Translations under genes and position numbers: made by a program
Shown here: positions 30,958 through 32,000 of the stretch, piece after piece
Layout of the letters: each line of letters starts with the position of its first letter
Position numbering within the stretch: position 1 is the stretch's first letter
NCBI RefSeq assembly: GCF_014396165.1
Contig: NZ_CP060715.1
Span: forward strand, 210,001 to 242,000
From: Erysipelothrix inopinata
GTDB taxonomy: Bacteria; Bacillota_I; Bacilli_A; Erysipelotrichales; Erysipelotrichaceae
Length of the DNA: 32,000 nucleotides
Reading direction: 5' to 3'
Notes under the pieces: generated by a model
What the model saw: the letters and a program-made list of their open reading frames with translations, nothing else
What the model was told of the DNA's origin: nothing
Database searches by the model: none

Positions 30958-32000
30958 TTATTGTTTGATATTTCTTCTTTCAGAAACGATGATAAGTGTT
31001 CCTAAAACAACCAATGCCCCAGAAACTGCATAAATTCCTAATCGTGAAGACACGCCAGTTTCTGGAAGTTTTGTTTCTTCCTTCTCAGAACTTGTTTCCT
31101 CAGGTTGTACGGGTGTTACAGGTTCGACAGGTTCAGTCGGGTTTATTGGTTCGACCGGATCGATTGGATCGATTGGGTCGACTGGATCTACTGGATCGAC
31201 TGGGTCTACTGGATCTACCGGGTCTACCGGGTCTACTGGATCTACCGGGTCTACTGGGTCTACTGGGTCTACTGGGTCTACGATGACAATTTTTTCTAGA
31301 TTATCATATGCATCCTGTAGTTTGTTTAATAATGTTTTTAAGGAGTCGAGGTCCGCACCAGAGCCATTTGCGTCGAGCAGTTCTCTTACTTGGGTACGAA
31401 GAGATTCTAATAGTTTATACGATGTTTCAGTATAAAGTGTTCGATCTACATCCGTTCCATACCATAAAGAACGTAAAGCACTTATTTCATATTGATTGGG
31501 TAATGTTTCTACATCTGTTTCATCGATACCATTAATAATGAATTCATAGATTCGAGCAACATTTCCGGTACTCTCTGCTTTATGAAGTATTAATTTTAGA
31601 TAATTTGCTTCAGTGGTAGGAATGGCATCATAAGTCACTGCATCTGTATTCCAAGTACGCATAACAATGCTTTCCCAATTTTCTCCATCCATACTTGTGA
31701 GAATTTCGTAATCACGGGTATTCCATTCTTTATTCTCTCCACCTGCTTGTGCATGATGAAGTTCAAAACTTGTCAGTGTCACTGTTTTATCAAATGTTAA
31801 TTCCATCCACGGTTTATCAGTTTTATTATCACACCATTTGGTATTCATTTTTCCATCAAATGCTTGAGCTGCGCCTTCATTTGCAGCACATGCGTTTGAT
31901 ACTTTGTAATCTTTTGTCAAAGCTCCTAAGTTATGAGGAACTTTCTCGTAATTCTCATCGTAAACATAGATATAGTTATCTTTACGAACATTTACTTTTC
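30958..32000 (-). CDS. LPXTG-anchored surface protein, C-terminal part (discoidin/CBM32 domain, FIVAR-like helical domain, Pro-rich repeat, sorting signal); the N-terminus lies beyond the window
   Basis: The frame stays open upstream of the track start (a TTG at 31920) all the way to position 32000. [14 protein letters not shown]...WMELTF is an F5/8 type C pattern. The C-terminus has LPETG, a hydrophobic stretch and RRNIKQ. Confidence 0.85.
   Translation of the reverse strand, partial: KVNVRKDNYIYVYDENYEKVPHNLGALTKDYKVSNACAANEGAAQAFDGKMNTKWCDNKTDKPWMELTFDKTVTLTSFELHHAQAGGENKEWNTRDYEILTSMDGENWESIVMRTWNTDAVTYDAIPTTEANYLKLILHKAESTGNVARIYEFIINGIDETDVETLPNQYEISALRSLWYGTDVDRTLYTETSYKLLESLRTQVRELLDANGSGADLDSLKTLLNKLQDAYDNLEKIVIVDPVDPVDPVDPVDPVDPVDPVDPVDPVDPVDPVDPIDPIDPVEPINPTEPVEPVTPVQPEETSSEKEETKLPETGVSSRLGIYAVSGALVVLGTLIIVSERRNIKQ
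31102..31281 (-). repeat. In-frame 9-nt tandem repeat (20 units) encoding (V/I)(D/E/N/T/Q)P tripeptides
   Basis: Parsed unit by unit. There are 12 VDP units (TGGGTCTAC / CGGGTCTAC / TGGATCTAC / TGGATCGAC / TGGGTCGAC on +). Then come 2 IDP units, followed by [15 protein letters not shown] and VQP. Confidence 0.95.

Noticed and set aside
31102-31281. The regularly spaced short repeats as a possible CRISPR-like array.
   Set aside because: The period is 9 nt with no spacers. The repeats are in frame inside a long ORF and encode a Pro-rich linker.
30996-31299. Two + strand ORFs with striking repetitive products (LLDRLGLLD... and [10 protein letters not shown]...).
   Set aside because: They are the reverse-frame shadow of the 9-nt VDP repeat in the minus-strand LPXTG gene, not independent genes.
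1639-31535. About 30 short ORFs (60-112 aa) in the track that lie antisense to, or out of frame within, the large genes. Examples: 1639-1824, 2412-2938, 3832-4035, 5105-5388, 9727-9915, 10560-10814, 11139-11414, 11707-12313, 13762-14620, 15390-15831, 16193-16432, 17121-17570, 19077-19437, 21122-21325, 24150-24332, 25105-25305, 26957-27181, 27866-28144, 29923-30168, 31308-31535.
   Set aside because: Each is fully embedded in a longer ORF that has clear family motifs. None has an SD sequence, and their compositions are low-complexity or odd, as expected for antisense frames of AT-rich genes.
1-32000. Signs of a mobile element, genomic-island boundary or defence island (integrase, transposase, tRNA target, direct-repeat flanks, abrupt compositional change).
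   Set aside because: None was seen. Composition looks uniformly AT-rich by eye (not computed), and all intergenic regions are accounted for by promoters and terminators.

Overview
AT-rich, gene-dense chromosomal segment from a low-GC Gram-positive organism (Bacillota-type GGAGG ribosome-binding sites, an LPETG sorting signal, a lipobox lipoprotein). I saw no rRNA or tRNA, no CRISPR array, and no transposase, integrase or prophage signature. 1-7.6 kb: hflX (partial) lies directly downstream of an Eis-like GNAT. uppP is divergent from a BcrAB/LanFEG-like ABC-2 exporter, a YxeA (DUF1093) gene and a 56-aa ORF missing from the track. A LysR regulator is divergent from a split short-chain CHR (chromate transporter) pair. 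7.86-10.7 kb: a tight three-gene operon encodes a membrane-anchored protein with two beta-rich ectodomains, a YdjI/COG4260-type SPFH protein with a double zinc ribbon, and a 2-TM zinc-ribbon protein. This is the least explained module in the window. 10.75-32 kb: a large high-mannose N-glycan/mannoside utilisation locus. It contains a GH125-GH38-GH1-ROK-ROK-manA operon, a divergent AraR-type regulator plus GH92, a YesMN-type two-component system plus YesL, a CUT1 ABC importer without an ATPase gene, a GH20, and the C-terminal part of an LPXTG surface protein carrying a discoidin/CBM32 domain and a 9-nt (V/I)DP tandem repeat. The most interesting points are the SPFH module, a GH1 with a phospho-glycosidase-type signature sitting next to ROK kinases and manA with no PTS (suggesting a kinase-dependent route for the beta-mannoside core), and an exact 14-nt repeat flanking the divergent promoter region of the mannosidase operon. 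Several ORF-track starts are TTG/GTG over-extensions and were moved to SD-supported ATGs. All family calls rest on motif recognition by eye; no database search was possible.
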